A stretch of 64,000 nt of DNA from Candidatus Falkowbacteria bacterium RIFOXYC2_FULL_36_12 (GCA_001778235.1 MFGJ01000008.1:61313-125312); one strand, 5' to 3'; positions 1 through 10,482 are shown, counted from the stretch's first letter. Notes: a model not told the origin generated them from the sequence alone. Program-made: numbers and translations.

Positions 1-1804
1 CAATAACTTTACTGGCTTTTTCCTCTGGCAAAACCTCGGCAATAAAGTCATCTACCCCCAATTGTTTGGCAATACTTTGAGCATTTGTCATTTTATCTCC
101 AGTTAGCATAATTACTTTCTTACCAGTTTGCTGTAATTTTTTTACTGCTTCAACTGAATTCTCATGAATCTGGTCTTCAACCTGAATCGCACCAATAACT
201 CCATCAACATCATGAGCAATAAAAACAATCGTTCCACCCATAGATTGAAATTGATCCATCCAAGCGATTACCACACCTTGCTCTTCAATCAATTTTCTAT
301 TACCTAACATTACCCTCCTACTGTGTTCACACTTAGCAATCACACCGCGACCAGATAATTCCTTTATATCATGAAACTTAGTATTAATTTCAATTTGCTT
401 ATTTACAACATAATTATAAATTGATTTTGATACTGGATGTTCTGAATTCATCGCAATTGACCCAGCGATTTTTAATAACTTATCTTCTGTATATTTTTTT
501 GCCGGATTGGAATAAACTTTTTTTACCATTAAATCTCCTTTGGTTAATGTTCCTGTTTTATCAAATATAACTGTATCAACTTTGTATGCGATTTCTAGAC
601 TTTGAGAATTTTTAATGAGAACACCCGCTTCAGCCCCTCGTCCAGTCCCAACAATAATCGCAGTTGGAGTCGCCAAACCAAGTGCGCAAGGACAAGCAAT
701 CACCAGTACTGCCACAGCATTGATTAAACTTGTAGCCAATCCGATTTGCAAAACAAAAAACCAAACAACAAAAGTTATTACTGCAATCCCAATCACAACC
801 GGCACAAAAACACCAGAAACCTGATCAGCCAACTTTTGAATTGGTGCTTTTGATGATTGAGCTTGCTCAACTAATTTTATGATTTGTGATAGCACCGTTG
901 CTTCGCCTACTTGAGTAACCTTTACTTTTATTACCCCACTTTGATTCATTGTTGCACCAAAAACTTTATCCTTTACTTTTTTATCGACTGGAATACTCTC
1001 ACCCGTCAACATTGATTCATCTATCGATGTTTCTCCCTCAATAATAATTCCATCAAGTGGTATTTTTTCACCTGCTTTTACCAAAACAATATCATCCACC
1101 TTTACCTTTTCAATTTCCATTTCAACAATTTTATCTCCAGCAAATACTTTAGCTTTTTTTACACCTAATTCCATCAACTTTCTAATTGCATTAGAAGCAT
1201 TACCCTTACTTCTGGCTTCTAAATATTTACCTAATAATATCAGTGTTATGATAACCGCTGCTGTTTCAAAAAAAGCATCCCCACCAACAAACATAGAATA
1301 AATACTAAATAAAAAAGCGGCTAAAGTTCCGATTGAAATCAGACTGTCCATATTAGCGGAAACATGACGCAGTTGCATTATCATTCCCTTATGAAATTGC
1401 CAACCTATTACAATTACTACAACAAAGGTTAAAACTGCAATTATCCATTTCTCGATTTCAACATTGAGCCAATTCATACCAAATTCTGGCATAAAGAACA
1501 TTGTTGAAAGCACCGGAATTGTTAGAATAGCCGACCAAATAAATTTTCGTTTTATTGATTTGAGATTATCATCATGATGCATTGAATCTCCTGCTTCTAC
1601 TATTTTATAATTTCCCAAGCTCTCAACAATTCCTCTGATTTTTTCCATTTCAATTAAATTTTCATCAAATTCAAAATATGCTTTTTCATTAGCATAATTA
1701 ACTACAGCTTTTTTTATTGCTGACTCCTTTAATAATGCCTTCTCAATATTTAGGGCGCAAGAAGCACAATGCATACCCTGTATCTGAAATGTTTGTTTTT
1801 TCAT
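1..1804 (-). CDS. copA: Copper/heavy-metal translocating P-type ATPase (CopA-like); the N-terminus lies at 1804 and the C-terminal part runs off the window start
   Basis: Own minus-strand translation from the ATG at 1802-1804 gives [23 protein letters not shown] (an HMA GMxCxxC motif), transmembrane segments, a CPC-type membrane motif (ACPCALG), the DKTGTLT phosphorylation motif and the TGD/GDG nucleotide-binding motifs. The ORF track misses it because it is truncated. Confidence 0.9.
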   Translation of the reverse strand, partial: MKKQTFQIQGMHCASCALNIEKALLKESAIKKAVVNYANEKAYFEFDENLIEMEKIRGIVESLGNYKIVEAGDSMHHDDNLKSIKRKFIWSAILTIPVLSTMFFMPEFGMNWLNVEIEKWIIAVLTFVVVIVIGWQFHKGMIMQLRHVSANMDSLISIGTLAAFLFSIYSMFVGGDAFFETAAVIITLILLGKYLEARSKGNASNAIRKLMELGVKKAKVFAGDKIVEMEIEKVKVDDIVLVKAGEKIPLDGIIIEGETSIDESMLTGESIPVDKKVKDKVFGATMNQSGVIKVKVTQVGEATVLSQIIKLVEQAQSSKAPIQKLADQVSGVFVPVVIGIAVITFVVWFFVLQIGLATSLINAVAVLVIACPCALGLATPTAIIVGTGRGAEAGVLIKNSQSLEIAYKVDTVIFDKTGTLTKGDLMVKKVYSNPAKKYTEDKLLKIAGSIAMNSEHPVSKSIYNYVVNKQIEINTKFHDIKELSGRGVIAKCEHSRRVMLGNRKLIEEQGVVIAWMDQFQSMGGTIVFIAHDVDGVIGAIQVEDQIHENSVEAVKKLQQTGKKVIMLTGDKMTNAQSIAKQLGVDDFIAEVLPEEKASKVI

Positions 1805-1859
1805 AAATAAATTAATTACATTTTAATAACCTTTTCAACACTAATTATTTAGCTACCTT

Positions 1860-3191
1860 CTATTCAACAATAAACTTTCCTCTCACCATCCCCATCCAAC
1901 AGCTGAAATTAACCGTACCAGCCTTTGTCGCAGTAAATTTTATCAGATTTTCTCCAGCCTCCAATTTTTTGCGAAAGTTCATACTTGGAATTATTATTTC
2001 ACTGGTACAACCAGAAAGCCGTTTAGCATTAATCACCCATTCAACTGGCACATCTTTTTTAATCCTAAATACATTTGGACTAAAACCATTAAAATCAATC
2101 TCCATCTTTATTCTTTGAACATCTGAATTTGAAATTTGCACTTGACCTTCTGTTTTGGAATCAAACAAATTAAAATTTATTCCCGCGACAGCTAAACCAG
2201 TAGAAAGTGTATAAATTGCAAATAAAATTACCACCATCCCAATAACCTTTTCCAATACTTGAAATTTCATGTTCTTAAATCTAGTTGTAGCTACACCAAG
2301 ACCGAGTAATACCGGCATTGTTCCTAGTGCAAATAAAAACATCGTCACCCCTCCAATCCAAAAGCTTCCCGAACTTATTGCAAACAACTGCATACTTTGA
2401 GTAAAACCACACGGCAAGACAAAAGTTATACCACCCAAGATCATCGGCGCCCAAGGATGTTCAGAATTTTTTAATTGATTCCAAGTTTTGAAACTGGATT
2501 TTGGTAGATGAAAAATAGTAGTTAGTGATGGCACAATACCCAAGATGTTTAACCCGAGCCAAACTAAAATTACTGCAATAAACACGGTAAAAATAACCAT
2601 AAAATTAGTTGACAAGCTAACCCAACTGCCAACAATTCCTAAGATTCCTCCAAGAATAAAAAAAGTCAAAAGCCTACCAAAATGAAACAATAAATGTGGT
2701 TTTAAATTTCTTTGATAAAAAGAAGTTTCGTTGGTTTCATATTTTGCACCAAAACTCATAACTACGGCACCGACAATTGCTAAACATGTGGACATTGAAG
2801 CAATTACCCCAATTAACAATGCCATACCCATACCTATCTCACCATCAAGGCCATTAAATACTCCCAAAGTTGAAAAATAACGAAAGACGATTACCAACAA
2901 GGCAACAATCAGTATTGCCATTAACCACTTTTGCCATGTGACTTTTTTCTTTTCAATTTTTTTTATTTCATTCCATGAAGGCTCATAACCAAGTTCGCGG
3001 ATTTTACTGAATAGTTTGTCATTTTGTATTGGTGCTTGAAGCTGAAAAATTGCTCGATGCGATTTATGATCAACCTGCAAATTTTTGATTTGCTCAAATT
3101 CCTTTAAACTTTCAGAAATCAAATTTTCACAAGAAACACATGTCATGCCAGAAATATATAAAATTTTTTGTTTGTTTTTGCTCTTTGACAT
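1860..3191 (-). CDS. Membrane protein with an N-terminal HMA domain (GMTCVSC), a multi-pass permease core (TauE/SafE- or CcdA-like) and a C-terminal cupredoxin-like domain with Cys/Met ligands
   Basis: A 443-aa ORF. It starts with an MxCxxC heavy-metal-associated motif, followed by 8-9 hydrophobic helices. The C-terminal roughly 90 aa contain SGCTSE and FSCWMGM motifs typical of small copper-binding beta-sandwich domains. It sits between csoR and copA. Confidence 0.6.
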   Translation of the reverse strand: MSKSKNKQKILYISGMTCVSCENLISESLKEFEQIKNLQVDHKSHRAIFQLQAPIQNDKLFSKIRELGYEPSWNEIKKIEKKKVTWQKWLMAILIVALLVIVFRYFSTLGVFNGLDGEIGMGMALLIGVIASMSTCLAIVGAVVMSFGAKYETNETSFYQRNLKPHLLFHFGRLLTFFILGGILGIVGSWVSLSTNFMVIFTVFIAVILVWLGLNILGIVPSLTTIFHLPKSSFKTWNQLKNSEHPWAPMILGGITFVLPCGFTQSMQLFAISSGSFWIGGVTMFLFALGTMPVLLGLGVATTRFKNMKFQVLEKVIGMVVILFAIYTLSTGLAVAGINFNLFDSKTEGQVQISNSDVQRIKMEIDFNGFSPNVFRIKKDVPVEWVINAKRLSGCTSEIIIPSMNFRKKLEAGENLIKFTATKAGTVNFSCWMGMVRGKFIVE

Positions 3192-3193
3192 AA

Positions 3194-3475
3194 TTATTTA
3201 TTTGATAATTTTGTTAATTGTAAAATTTCGTCAGTCATTTGTTTTTTCTTGGTTTCTGATTTTGATTCCATGACTTTTTTGAAACATGAGTTCAGATGAC
3301 CTTCCAAGAGTTGTTGGTTGGCTGATTTCAGCAAACCAATTACAGCTAAATTTTGTTGCATAATTTCAACGCAATACTTGTCATCGTCCGTCATCTTAAG
3401 TACCTTGTTTAACTGTCCGACAGCTTTCTTGAAACTGACCGCTACTTGATGTTTGTAACATTTATGTTTTTCCAT
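3194..3475 (-). CDS. csoR: CsoR/RcnR-family metal-sensing transcriptional repressor
   Basis: A 93-aa all-helical protein with conserved Cys/His positions (C..YCVEIMQQ..H..C) like DUF156/CsoR. It is the first gene of the csoR-HMA-copA operon on the minus strand. Confidence 0.75.
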   Translation of the reverse strand: MEKHKCYKHQVAVSFKKAVGQLNKVLKMTDDDKYCVEIMQQNLAVIGLLKSANQQLLEGHLNSCFKKVMESKSETKKKQMTDEILQLTKLSNK

Positions 3476-3602
3476 AATTTTTCAATTAATAAATAAAAAA
3501 AAATCACTTCACAATTCCCATAACCCCCTCCATAGGTTTAGGTATTGTATATCTTCTATAAAAAACAAGCAACTTTTTATCCACAAATATTTTTAAAACA
3601 AA

Positions 3603-3626
3603 AACACACCATAACTGGTGTATTTT
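3603..3626 (-). terminator. Putative intrinsic terminator just 3' of tRNA-Tyr
   Basis: On the minus strand, a short hairpin (acacc agttat ggtgt) is followed by a U-rich stretch immediately after the tRNA 3' end. Confidence 0.3.
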
Positions 3627-3713
3627 TGGTGGGCCGGGGCGGATTCGAACCACCGAAGGCACAAGGCCAGCAGATTTACAGTCTGCCGCGTTTGACCGCT
3701 TCGCTACCGACCC
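3627..3713 (-). tRNA. tRNA-Tyr (anticodon GTA) with a long variable arm and an encoded CCA
   Basis: The reverse complement reads GGGTCGGTAGCGAAGCGGTCAAACGCGGCAGACTGTAAATCTGC...GGTTCGAATCCGCCCCGGCCCACCA, a cloverleaf with anticodon loop CUGUAAA. Confidence 0.85.
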
Positions 3714-3870
3714 ATGATGGTAGCATTACTATCTTAATTAAATAACCCTACAATTTTGACTTTATCTTCTTCGCGTTTGACCGCGGAACCTGCCCTGAAC
3801 TAGTTTCAGGGCTACCGACCCATGATGGTAGCATTACTATCTTAATTAAATAACCCTACAATTTTAATCT
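3704..3870 (-). repeat. Direct duplication (about 55 bp, two copies) of the tRNA-Tyr 5' end plus leader. The second copy is a tRNA-Tyr 5' fragment interrupted by a 26-nt palindromic insert (CCCTGAAACTAGTTCAGGG...)
   Basis: The sequence ctaccgacccatgatggtagcattactatcttaattaaataaccctacaatttt occurs at about 3704-3768 and again at 3813-3868. Between the copies lies gcgtttgaccgc (a tRNA D-arm) carrying an inserted ccctgaactagtttcaggg hairpin of the same family as the ccctgaac..ttcaggg repeats elsewhere in the window. Confidence 0.55.
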
Positions 3871-3874
3871 TCTA

Positions 3875-3950
3875 TGGAGCCGTCATCCAGGGTTGAACTG
3901 GAGACCTCAGCCTTACCATGGCTGCGCTCTACCAACTGAGCTATGACGGC
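3875..3950 (-). tRNA. tRNA-Thr (anticodon GGT) with an encoded CCA
   Basis: The reverse complement reads GCCGTCATAGCTCAGTTGGTAGAGCGCAGCCATGGTAAGGCTGAGGTCTCCAGTTCAACCCTGGATGACGGCTCCA, with anticodon loop AUGGUAA. Confidence 0.85.
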
Positions 3951-4053
3951 AGGCAGGTACCAACAAAGCTATGACGGCGGATTTACAATTACAGTATCTA
4001 TAAAACCAACTTTTACAAACATCTAAAAAACTAAACCAATCCTTTAGCCGTTT

Positions 4054-4938
4054 TTATAACTCCGCAATCTTAAGCTTAAAATCTTTCAACTTCTGATTTT
4101 CAGGATTTACTTTTTCCAATTTTTGCAGGTAATCTAGTGCCGCTAATTTACTGCGCATTATTATAGCACTTTCTATCAATAAATCAAGTATTCTAGGATC
4201 ATTGTTATTCAGGATAAAAGCTTTCTGAAAAAACTCAAAGGCGCGCCTCTCATCACCTTTTTCCTCCAATATTTCACCAACTTTTATATAATTTTCCTTT
4301 TGTTCTTCAGCATTATCAACAGTCTTTATTTTACCACCATAGCCATCATCTTTGGTAATGACATTTGCTTTCTTCTTCGATAATTTCAATACAAACATCG
4401 CCGTTTGCAATGCCTGATCATAATCCTTTTGTTCAAGATACAAATTTACCAAACCTTTGTAAGCTCTAATATTTTGCGCATCATAACCAATTACTTCAAT
4501 GAAACTTTTTTCAGCCTCCTGATAATCTGCTTTGTCAAAAAATTCTTCAGCTTTCTGGAGAAATGAATTAATTTTCTGTTCATCAACCTTGTCATCTGTT
4601 TTGCTTTTCTGGACTGATTCTTTTTGATATTTTTTTTCAAGGTCAGAAATCCGCTTAAACATTTTTCGGCCAAAATTATTTATTCTACCACCAGCAGGCT
4701 TAACTAATTGCTTTATGATTTTTTTACCACTTTCAGCCCTTCTCCTCATTCTTTCAATCAAAATCCTTTCTCGCACTTGTGCTTCTTTTTCTTCAGAAAT
4801 AGTTTCAACATCAATAGTTTTTATCTGATGATACCTCCTTGCAACTACAATTCCAATCCCTATCAAAAAAACCATAATTACGCCCAGAGCAATAAAATTA
4901 TATATCATAAATATAACTAAATTATATAATGAAAGCAT
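4054..4938 (-). CDS. Membrane-anchored TPR-repeat protein
   Basis: An N-terminal transmembrane helix is followed by repeated 34-aa TPR-like helical motifs (AEEFFDKADYQEAEKSF..., AYKGLVNLYLEQKDYDQALQ..., YIKVGEILEEKGDERRAFEFFQKA). Confidence 0.6.
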   Translation of the reverse strand: MLSLYNLVIFMIYNFIALGVIMVFLIGIGIVVARRYHQIKTIDVETISEEKEAQVRERILIERMRRRAESGKKIIKQLVKPAGGRINNFGRKMFKRISDLEKKYQKESVQKSKTDDKVDEQKINSFLQKAEEFFDKADYQEAEKSFIEVIGYDAQNIRAYKGLVNLYLEQKDYDQALQTAMFVLKLSKKKANVITKDDGYGGKIKTVDNAEEQKENYIKVGEILEEKGDERRAFEFFQKAFILNNNDPRILDLLIESAIIMRSKLAALDYLQKLEKVNPENQKLKDFKLKIAEL

Positions 4939-4960
4939 TATATCACACCCTAGCTATCTT

Positions 4961-5704
4961 TCAAGCCTCAACTATTTGCCTAAATTTGACAAAATCAACA
5001 CTTCCTCCACCAATTAAATAACCTGAAATTTGAGGTAATTGACTTAATTCTGCCATATTGGTGGCATTAATGCTACCACCATAAAGAAGTTTGACTTTTC
5101 GCTGGAAATATTCTTCAGAACACAGAGTTGTGATGGCTCTTTTTATAACACGATAGGCTTCCTCACATTCATCAGCTCGCAAAGTTGTGCCGGTTCCAAT
5201 CGCCCAAATTGGTTCATATGATATTAATAAATTATGCTGATTCAAATTCGGGATATCACTCAAAGCTTGTTTTATCTCCTGGACCAACATCGCGGCTGTA
5301 TTTCCTGATTTTCTTTCTTGCATTGTTTCCCCAATACACAAAATTGGAATCAATTTATTTTTCAAAGCAATCTTTATCTTCTGATTTATCAAACTCCCAT
5401 CTTCGTGCAAATACTGTCGCCTCTCTGAATGCCCAATAATCACATACTTACAACCCAATTTTTTCAAATCTTGCCCCATCACTTCTCCAGTATAAGCACC
5501 AAATTCCCAAGCCGAAATGTCCTGTGCTACCAGACTAATATTGCTTTTTTTCAAAATTCGACCAACCGCCTCGAGACTAACAAAACTTGGAGCCAAAGCA
5601 ATATCATATTTTCGACTCTTTAAATTTTTTACTTTTTTTGCAAATTCAATTGCCTGTTCATGAGTAATTCTCATTTTCCAATTTGCCACTAATATTTTTT
5701 TCAT
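4961..5704 (-). CDS. tpiA: Triosephosphate isomerase
   Basis: The N-terminal VANWKM motif, the catalytic IGHSERR and the GGSI..N loop place it in the TIM family; 247 aa. Confidence 0.9.
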   Translation of the reverse strand: MKKILVANWKMRITHEQAIEFAKKVKNLKSRKYDIALAPSFVSLEAVGRILKKSNISLVAQDISAWEFGAYTGEVMGQDLKKLGCKYVIIGHSERRQYLHEDGSLINQKIKIALKNKLIPILCIGETMQERKSGNTAAMLVQEIKQALSDIPNLNQHNLLISYEPIWAIGTGTTLRADECEEAYRVIKRAITTLCSEEYFQRKVKLLYGGSINATNMAELSQLPQISGYLIGGGSVDFVKFRQIVEA

Positions 5705-5707
5705 AGG

Positions 5708-6982
5708 TTACAAATTAAGTAACTTTTCAAAATATTTTTCATCTTTAAATGGTCCAATCAAGGCTAAACTTGTTTTTTCTTTGACAAAAATCTCCTTCGC
5801 CACTTTCTTTATGTCTGCAACCGTCACTAAATCAAATTTTTTGAATTTCTGTTCTGGAGTTAATATTTGATTTTGCAAAAGCTCTTGTTTGGCATACCAA
5901 TCCGCCTGACTGGCAGTATCTTCCAAAGCCAAAACAACCTTACCTCTCAAATATTCTTTGGCTTTTTTCAATTCATCAACCGTTACGCCGGTACTTTTTA
6001 TTCGTCTTAATTCATTAACAATAGTCTCAATCGCCAATCCAACACGATGCTTATCAAGCCCTGACTGAATCACCAAACAACCAGTATCTTGATAAATATT
6101 AGGGTAACAACGAACAAAATATGCCAAACCTCTTTTTTCTCGGACAGAGATAAACAATCTTGAACTCATATTTCCACCAAGAATTACACTAAGCAAATTC
6201 AAAGCATAAACTCGTGGATCAAAATAACCATAAGCTGGAAATCCCAGTGCTACCTGCACTTGTTCGGTTTTTTTATAAATAATTTTTATTCTAGTTTCTT
6301 TCTGATCAAAAACAAAATCTTTATAACCTACTTGTTTCACTCCTTTTATTTTCTTATCAGTAGTTTGAAAATATTTTTTTACTAACCGTTCAATTGAATT
6401 ATCAATTTTACCAGCAATACCTATTACAGTTTTTTCAGGAACATAATGTGTATTTTTATAATCAAACAATTTTTTTCTTGAAATTTCTCTAATCACCTTT
6501 TTGGGACCAGCAATTTCCGAACCAAGAGTTGAACCTTTGAACACTACCTGTTCCAAGATATCTTCAATGTACATCAGGGGATTGTCTTGATACATATTTA
6601 TTTCTTCCAAAATAACACCTCTTTCTTTGTTAATCTCACCAGCATCAAACTTTGAATTGTAAATCATATCAGACAAAATATCCAAAGCCTCTTCTAAATG
6701 CCTACTATCTATTTTTATATAATAACCTGTCCAATCCTTCGAGGTTGCAGCATTGTATTCTGCACCAAAAGAATCAAGTGCCTTTGAAATATCCAGAGAA
6801 TTTGGTCTCTTCTTTGTTCCTTTGAACATCAGATGTTCAACAAAATGTGAAGCTCCATTGATATCTTTATCTTCATAACGAGAACCAACTGCAAAAAGAA
6901 CAAAAATCGTCACCGACCTGACAGAAAGATCAGGTATGGTTACCAGTCTCAATCCATTTTCAAATTGTTTTTTTTCTATCAT
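5708..6982 (-). CDS. M16-family zinc metallopeptidase (insulinase/pitrilysin-like)
   Basis: It carries the inverted zinc motif HFVEHLMFKGT (HxxEH) near the N-terminus; 424 aa with the typical two-lobe length. Confidence 0.8.
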   Translation of the reverse strand: MIEKKQFENGLRLVTIPDLSVRSVTIFVLFAVGSRYEDKDINGASHFVEHLMFKGTKKRPNSLDISKALDSFGAEYNAATSKDWTGYYIKIDSRHLEEALDILSDMIYNSKFDAGEINKERGVILEEINMYQDNPLMYIEDILEQVVFKGSTLGSEIAGPKKVIREISRKKLFDYKNTHYVPEKTVIGIAGKIDNSIERLVKKYFQTTDKKIKGVKQVGYKDFVFDQKETRIKIIYKKTEQVQVALGFPAYGYFDPRVYALNLLSVILGGNMSSRLFISVREKRGLAYFVRCYPNIYQDTGCLVIQSGLDKHRVGLAIETIVNELRRIKSTGVTVDELKKAKEYLRGKVVLALEDTASQADWYAKQELLQNQILTPEQKFKKFDLVTVADIKKVAKEIFVKEKTSLALIGPFKDEKYFEKLLNL

Positions 6983-7066
6983 ATTTTGACTTATTTAATT
7001 TAATTATAACTTAATTATTTATCTTGAACAAATAAAAAATACTCGTGTGAGTGCCTTTTTTTAAAT

Positions 7067-8104
7067 TTAATACTTTTTTAAAAAATTGTCCAGTTTGCTA
7101 AATAATTTTTGATTCGTAAATTTCGGATATTTTTTTAGATTTTTTTCATAGACTTCTAAATTCTGCAAAAAATTATCTATTTCTGTCTGATTGAAATTTT
7201 CACTATAAGTTCCAACCCCGATTTTCTCCAAGTAAACAGCATTTATAGTTTGCTCAAACTGATTTGCCACAGGAATAGCAAAATACGGTTTTTTCAGGAA
7301 CAAAGCTTCACTAATAAAAGTAAAGCCTGAATTGGCAATTACTGCTTTTGACTGACTTAAATCTTTTACAAATCCCTTACGACTGAATTCTTTCAAAATC
7401 ACATTACCATATTTCCCATTTTTATTCATTCCGTAAACCACAAATTTATATTTTGTTAATTTCTGTAATTGTTCAACAAGCTGACCATATTCAGAAGTCA
7501 AATAAACTAACACAAAATCACCTTTTTTGGCAGTTAGTTTGCTCACATCTTCTTGTACAATCGGCGGGAATAAAAATGTTTTTTTATCTTTTATCTTTTC
7601 CTTGGCAATGGTTGTAATAAAATACGCATCTGCCTTTGGCGTCATCGCCAAAGTTATGGCTTTTACCGTCAAATAATCACGATAATACTTTTTTGGAAAT
7701 TTAATTTCGCAGTTTGTAATAAAATGATGATTTCCGATTGACAGCAACGGCAAAGCATTTAAATGAGCTAAAATCGAACTCATCGGTTCATAATCAGAAA
7801 TTACCACCTCTGGTTCAAACTTATTAAATATTTTTGAGACTTGACTGAAACTTTGTAAAATTTTTGGAAATTTTTTACTATCTTTGATAATAGTTGAAAG
7901 ATAATCCACTTTATTATTTTTATAGACTAACTGCAAACCAACAATTTCATCAACTCTGACAAATTTTTTCAAATACGGCAAAGCCTGACCATAAGTCAAA
8001 ACCCTAACTTCATGACCTACTTGTTTCAGATGATCAATTATTACTTTTGAACGCATAGCATGACCAAATCCCTGGCCAGCTACACCATAAATTATTTTTG
8101 CCAT
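7067..8104 (-). CDS. Glycosyltransferase, MurG/UGT-like family (Glyco_trans_1_3-like N-terminus)
   Basis: Beginning at the internal ATG it reads MAKIIYGVAGQGFGHAMRSKVI, matching the YGVxGxGxGHxxRs signature of the MurG-like GT-B family. The stop of the upstream gene overlaps, so the start is set at the ATG at 8102-8104. Confidence 0.7.
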   Translation of the reverse strand: MAKIIYGVAGQGFGHAMRSKVIIDHLKQVGHEVRVLTYGQALPYLKKFVRVDEIVGLQLVYKNNKVDYLSTIIKDSKKFPKILQSFSQVSKIFNKFEPEVVISDYEPMSSILAHLNALPLLSIGNHHFITNCEIKFPKKYYRDYLTVKAITLAMTPKADAYFITTIAKEKIKDKKTFLFPPIVQEDVSKLTAKKGDFVLVYLTSEYGQLVEQLQKLTKYKFVVYGMNKNGKYGNVILKEFSRKGFVKDLSQSKAVIANSGFTFISEALFLKKPYFAIPVANQFEQTINAVYLEKIGVGTYSENFNQTEIDNFLQNLEVYEKNLKKYPKFTNQKLFSKLDNFLKKY

Positions 8105-8105
8105 A

Positions 8106-9137
8106 TTATAAATTCTGCATATTTGGATTAGCAATATATGCCTGCATAAAATCCCAAATTTCACTATCATTTTTTGTTTGTTTCAACCAATACCACCATT
8201 CAACACCCCAAAGATAAATTCCCGAAAAACCAGTCTTTCTGGCAAATTTAATATTACTCTCAATCTGATTTTTATCCATTTGTTCCTTCATTTTATCATA
8301 TGTAATATCCAGATTGTAGCCATCAGGCACCCATGGTTCAGCTTGTAATTCTGCTACTATTACATTTTCCAGTGCTAATCCGTTTATACCAGCTTTTATT
8401 CGATAAAATGATGCCGGAAGCATATATTTTGAAAAACCCAACAACTCACTATAAACACTTCTATACATAGTATGACCAAATTTATCACCAAGATTGCCTG
8501 TTTTAAACCATGAGCTCAATTCTCCGCTATCGGTTATCAAAATCGGTCGATCATCCAAAGTTTTTACCAAAGCTATTTCTTTTTTTACTTGGGATAAACT
8601 AAATTCAGGACATTCACCAAATTCTGTCAAAAATGGTTCATTCTCAACCTGCCACATTTTTATATTATCTTTAACCTTGAAATGTTCAACAACCGTCTGA
8701 ATCATTTTCAATTGTTCAATTTCTATTTTTTCTGCTGGCAAAGGACTAAGCCAAACAGGATCATGGCATTCTGGCCACCTCGGCACTCTTCGACCAACAA
8801 CCAAAATAACTTTTACATTCCTTTGTGCTGCTTGGTCTATCATCCAATCAAGATGATTAAAATTAAATTGATTAAATTCTGGTTCAACTTCATTCCATTG
8901 GGCAATCAGTCTAATATTTTCAACTTTTAAATCATCAATAATAGCCAAATAAGTTTTTTGCCAATCCAAACCTAAACTTTCGGCGTAAGCTTTACTAAAT
9001 GTCACACCAATCTCTGGATTTTTACCTTTACCAAAATCTTTGAAATAAACCAACATGCAAAAAGTCACAAGCTCAACTATTATTAAAAGTAATAGAAAAA
9101 AAATGATTTTTCCACGATGACTTTGGTGAACCTTCAT
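8106..9137 (-). CDS. Membrane-anchored glycoside hydrolase, clan GH-A (GH5/GH113-like)
   Basis: An N-terminal transmembrane helix, a WNE motif, an acid/base motif WQVENEP and a likely nucleophile in AELQAEPW are consistent with a TIM-barrel retaining glycosidase. Confidence 0.6.
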   Translation of the reverse strand: MKVHQSHRGKIIFFLLLLIIVELVTFCMLVYFKDFGKGKNPEIGVTFSKAYAESLGLDWQKTYLAIIDDLKVENIRLIAQWNEVEPEFNQFNFNHLDWMIDQAAQRNVKVILVVGRRVPRWPECHDPVWLSPLPAEKIEIEQLKMIQTVVEHFKVKDNIKMWQVENEPFLTEFGECPEFSLSQVKKEIALVKTLDDRPILITDSGELSSWFKTGNLGDKFGHTMYRSVYSELLGFSKYMLPASFYRIKAGINGLALENVIVAELQAEPWVPDGYNLDITYDKMKEQMDKNQIESNIKFARKTGFSGIYLWGVEWWYWLKQTKNDSEIWDFMQAYIANPNMQNL

Positions 9138-10030
9138 AAACTTGATGCTAAAATTGCAATTCCACTAATTATTAAAATGATCCCGGCCGATTTTTGGATT
9201 AATTCCAATCCTTCAATTTTTTCTTTGACCAATCTTGGGAACAATCTACCCCCAATTATTACTAAACCAACCAGTAAAACATACTGCGATCCTTGCAGAG
9301 CATTGGCCAAGGTAACACTACCCAGACTAAATGCATAATTTAATAAAACAAAAGCTAAAGCCGCCAAAACCATAGTGCCAGCAAAAGCGAAAAATTTTCC
9401 CCAAGAAAGCTTTTTGAAAAGTTTTACAATATCATTACGAGCGTCAAAATCGAAAATCAAGACAATAGCTGCCAGCAGTGAACCAGCTCTCATCCAGATA
9501 AAAGCACTCCAAAAATCCTGAATCTCAAAAGCATATTTTGTCAGAAAATATGAAAAAGCAAACAATAACCCAGCCCAAACAGTCGTCATAAACGCCTTGG
9601 CAGTAAACTTTTTTTGATCTTTTGCCATTGTAATAACAACCGTTCCCAAAACCAAAAGTAAAAAAGCAACAGTTTCCGTCAACCCCAATCTTTCATGCAA
9701 AAAAACAAAGGCCAAAATCAGAGTCACAATCGGTATGGTCGCACCTGAAATCGGAACAACAGTTGAGGCATCAAATTTTTTCAACACTAAATACAAATAA
9801 TATAAAGCAAAAATAAAACTTGCGCCTGCTAAAATATTTATAAAAAATTCAAAACAACTTGGCACCTGGAGCAACCATGGAGCAACTATAAAAGCCAAGG
9901 CTCCAAGACCGCCAATTAAAATCGCAAAAACTTTTTCATTTGAAATAAGTTTTTCCAAAATAACTTTAGTTAAAATAAAAACTAAAGCATTTAAACAATG
10001 AGCCACCAGAACAATTAATAACCAAATCAT
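9134..10030 (-). CDS. EamA/DMT-superfamily permease (10 TM)
   Basis: About ten hydrophobic helices in two repeated halves; 298 aa. Confidence 0.6.
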   Translation of the reverse strand: MIWLLIVLVAHCLNALVFILTKVILEKLISNEKVFAILIGGLGALAFIVAPWLLQVPSCFEFFINILAGASFIFALYYLYLVLKKFDASTVVPISGATIPIVTLILAFVFLHERLGLTETVAFLLLVLGTVVITMAKDQKKFTAKAFMTTVWAGLLFAFSYFLTKYAFEIQDFWSAFIWMRAGSLLAAIVLIFDFDARNDIVKLFKKLSWGKFFAFAGTMVLAALAFVLLNYAFSLGSVTLANALQGSQYVLLVGLVIIGGRLFPRLVKEKIEGLELIQKSAGIILIISGIAILASSL

Positions 10031-10031
10031 A

Positions 10032-10469
10032 TTATACAGCTATTGGCATGCGATCATGCCCAGTAAAATTAATAAATTTTTGATCAGCCTTTTCTGTCAA
10101 GACATACACTCTAGATATATTATGAAACCGTACCCTCAAACCCCAAATACCCTTTGGCGTCTTAAACCATTTATTTTTTTCATATCCCATCTCGCATGGA
10201 ATAATCACTTTTTTTGGTGCCAACCAATCCCATTTACCATCTCGCACCGATTCAATTCTTGCCCAACCAGTTTTCGGTAATTTCAACTCTCGCTCTCGAC
10301 TACCCCAGTCATACAATTTGACCACAGCATCTTCTTTTACTGGCACAAAAGGTTTCCTATCCCAATAAAACACCTCCACTAAACTACCCTTTAAATGCTT
10401 GTCCAATTCTACAGGAGTAAAAAATCTTTTCAGCTCTGATTTATCAATTGATTCAATGGAAAATGACAT
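10032..10469 (-). CDS. Hypothetical protein
   Basis: An ORF with the most plausible ATG at 10467-10469 (MSFSIESIDKS...). The track ORF starts earlier at an alternative start that would overlap the upstream gene. No recognisable family. Confidence 0.45.
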   Translation of the reverse strand: MSFSIESIDKSELKRFFTPVELDKHLKGSLVEVFYWDRKPFVPVKEDAVVKLYDWGSRERELKLPKTGWARIESVRDGKWDWLAPKKVIIPCEMGYEKNKWFKTPKGIWGLRVRFHNISRVYVLTEKADQKFINFTGHDRMPIAV

Positions 10470-10482
10470 GCCCGCACACATA

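Noticed and set aside
615-824. Plus-strand ORF 615..824
   Set aside because: It is antisense, inside the well-supported copA coding region.
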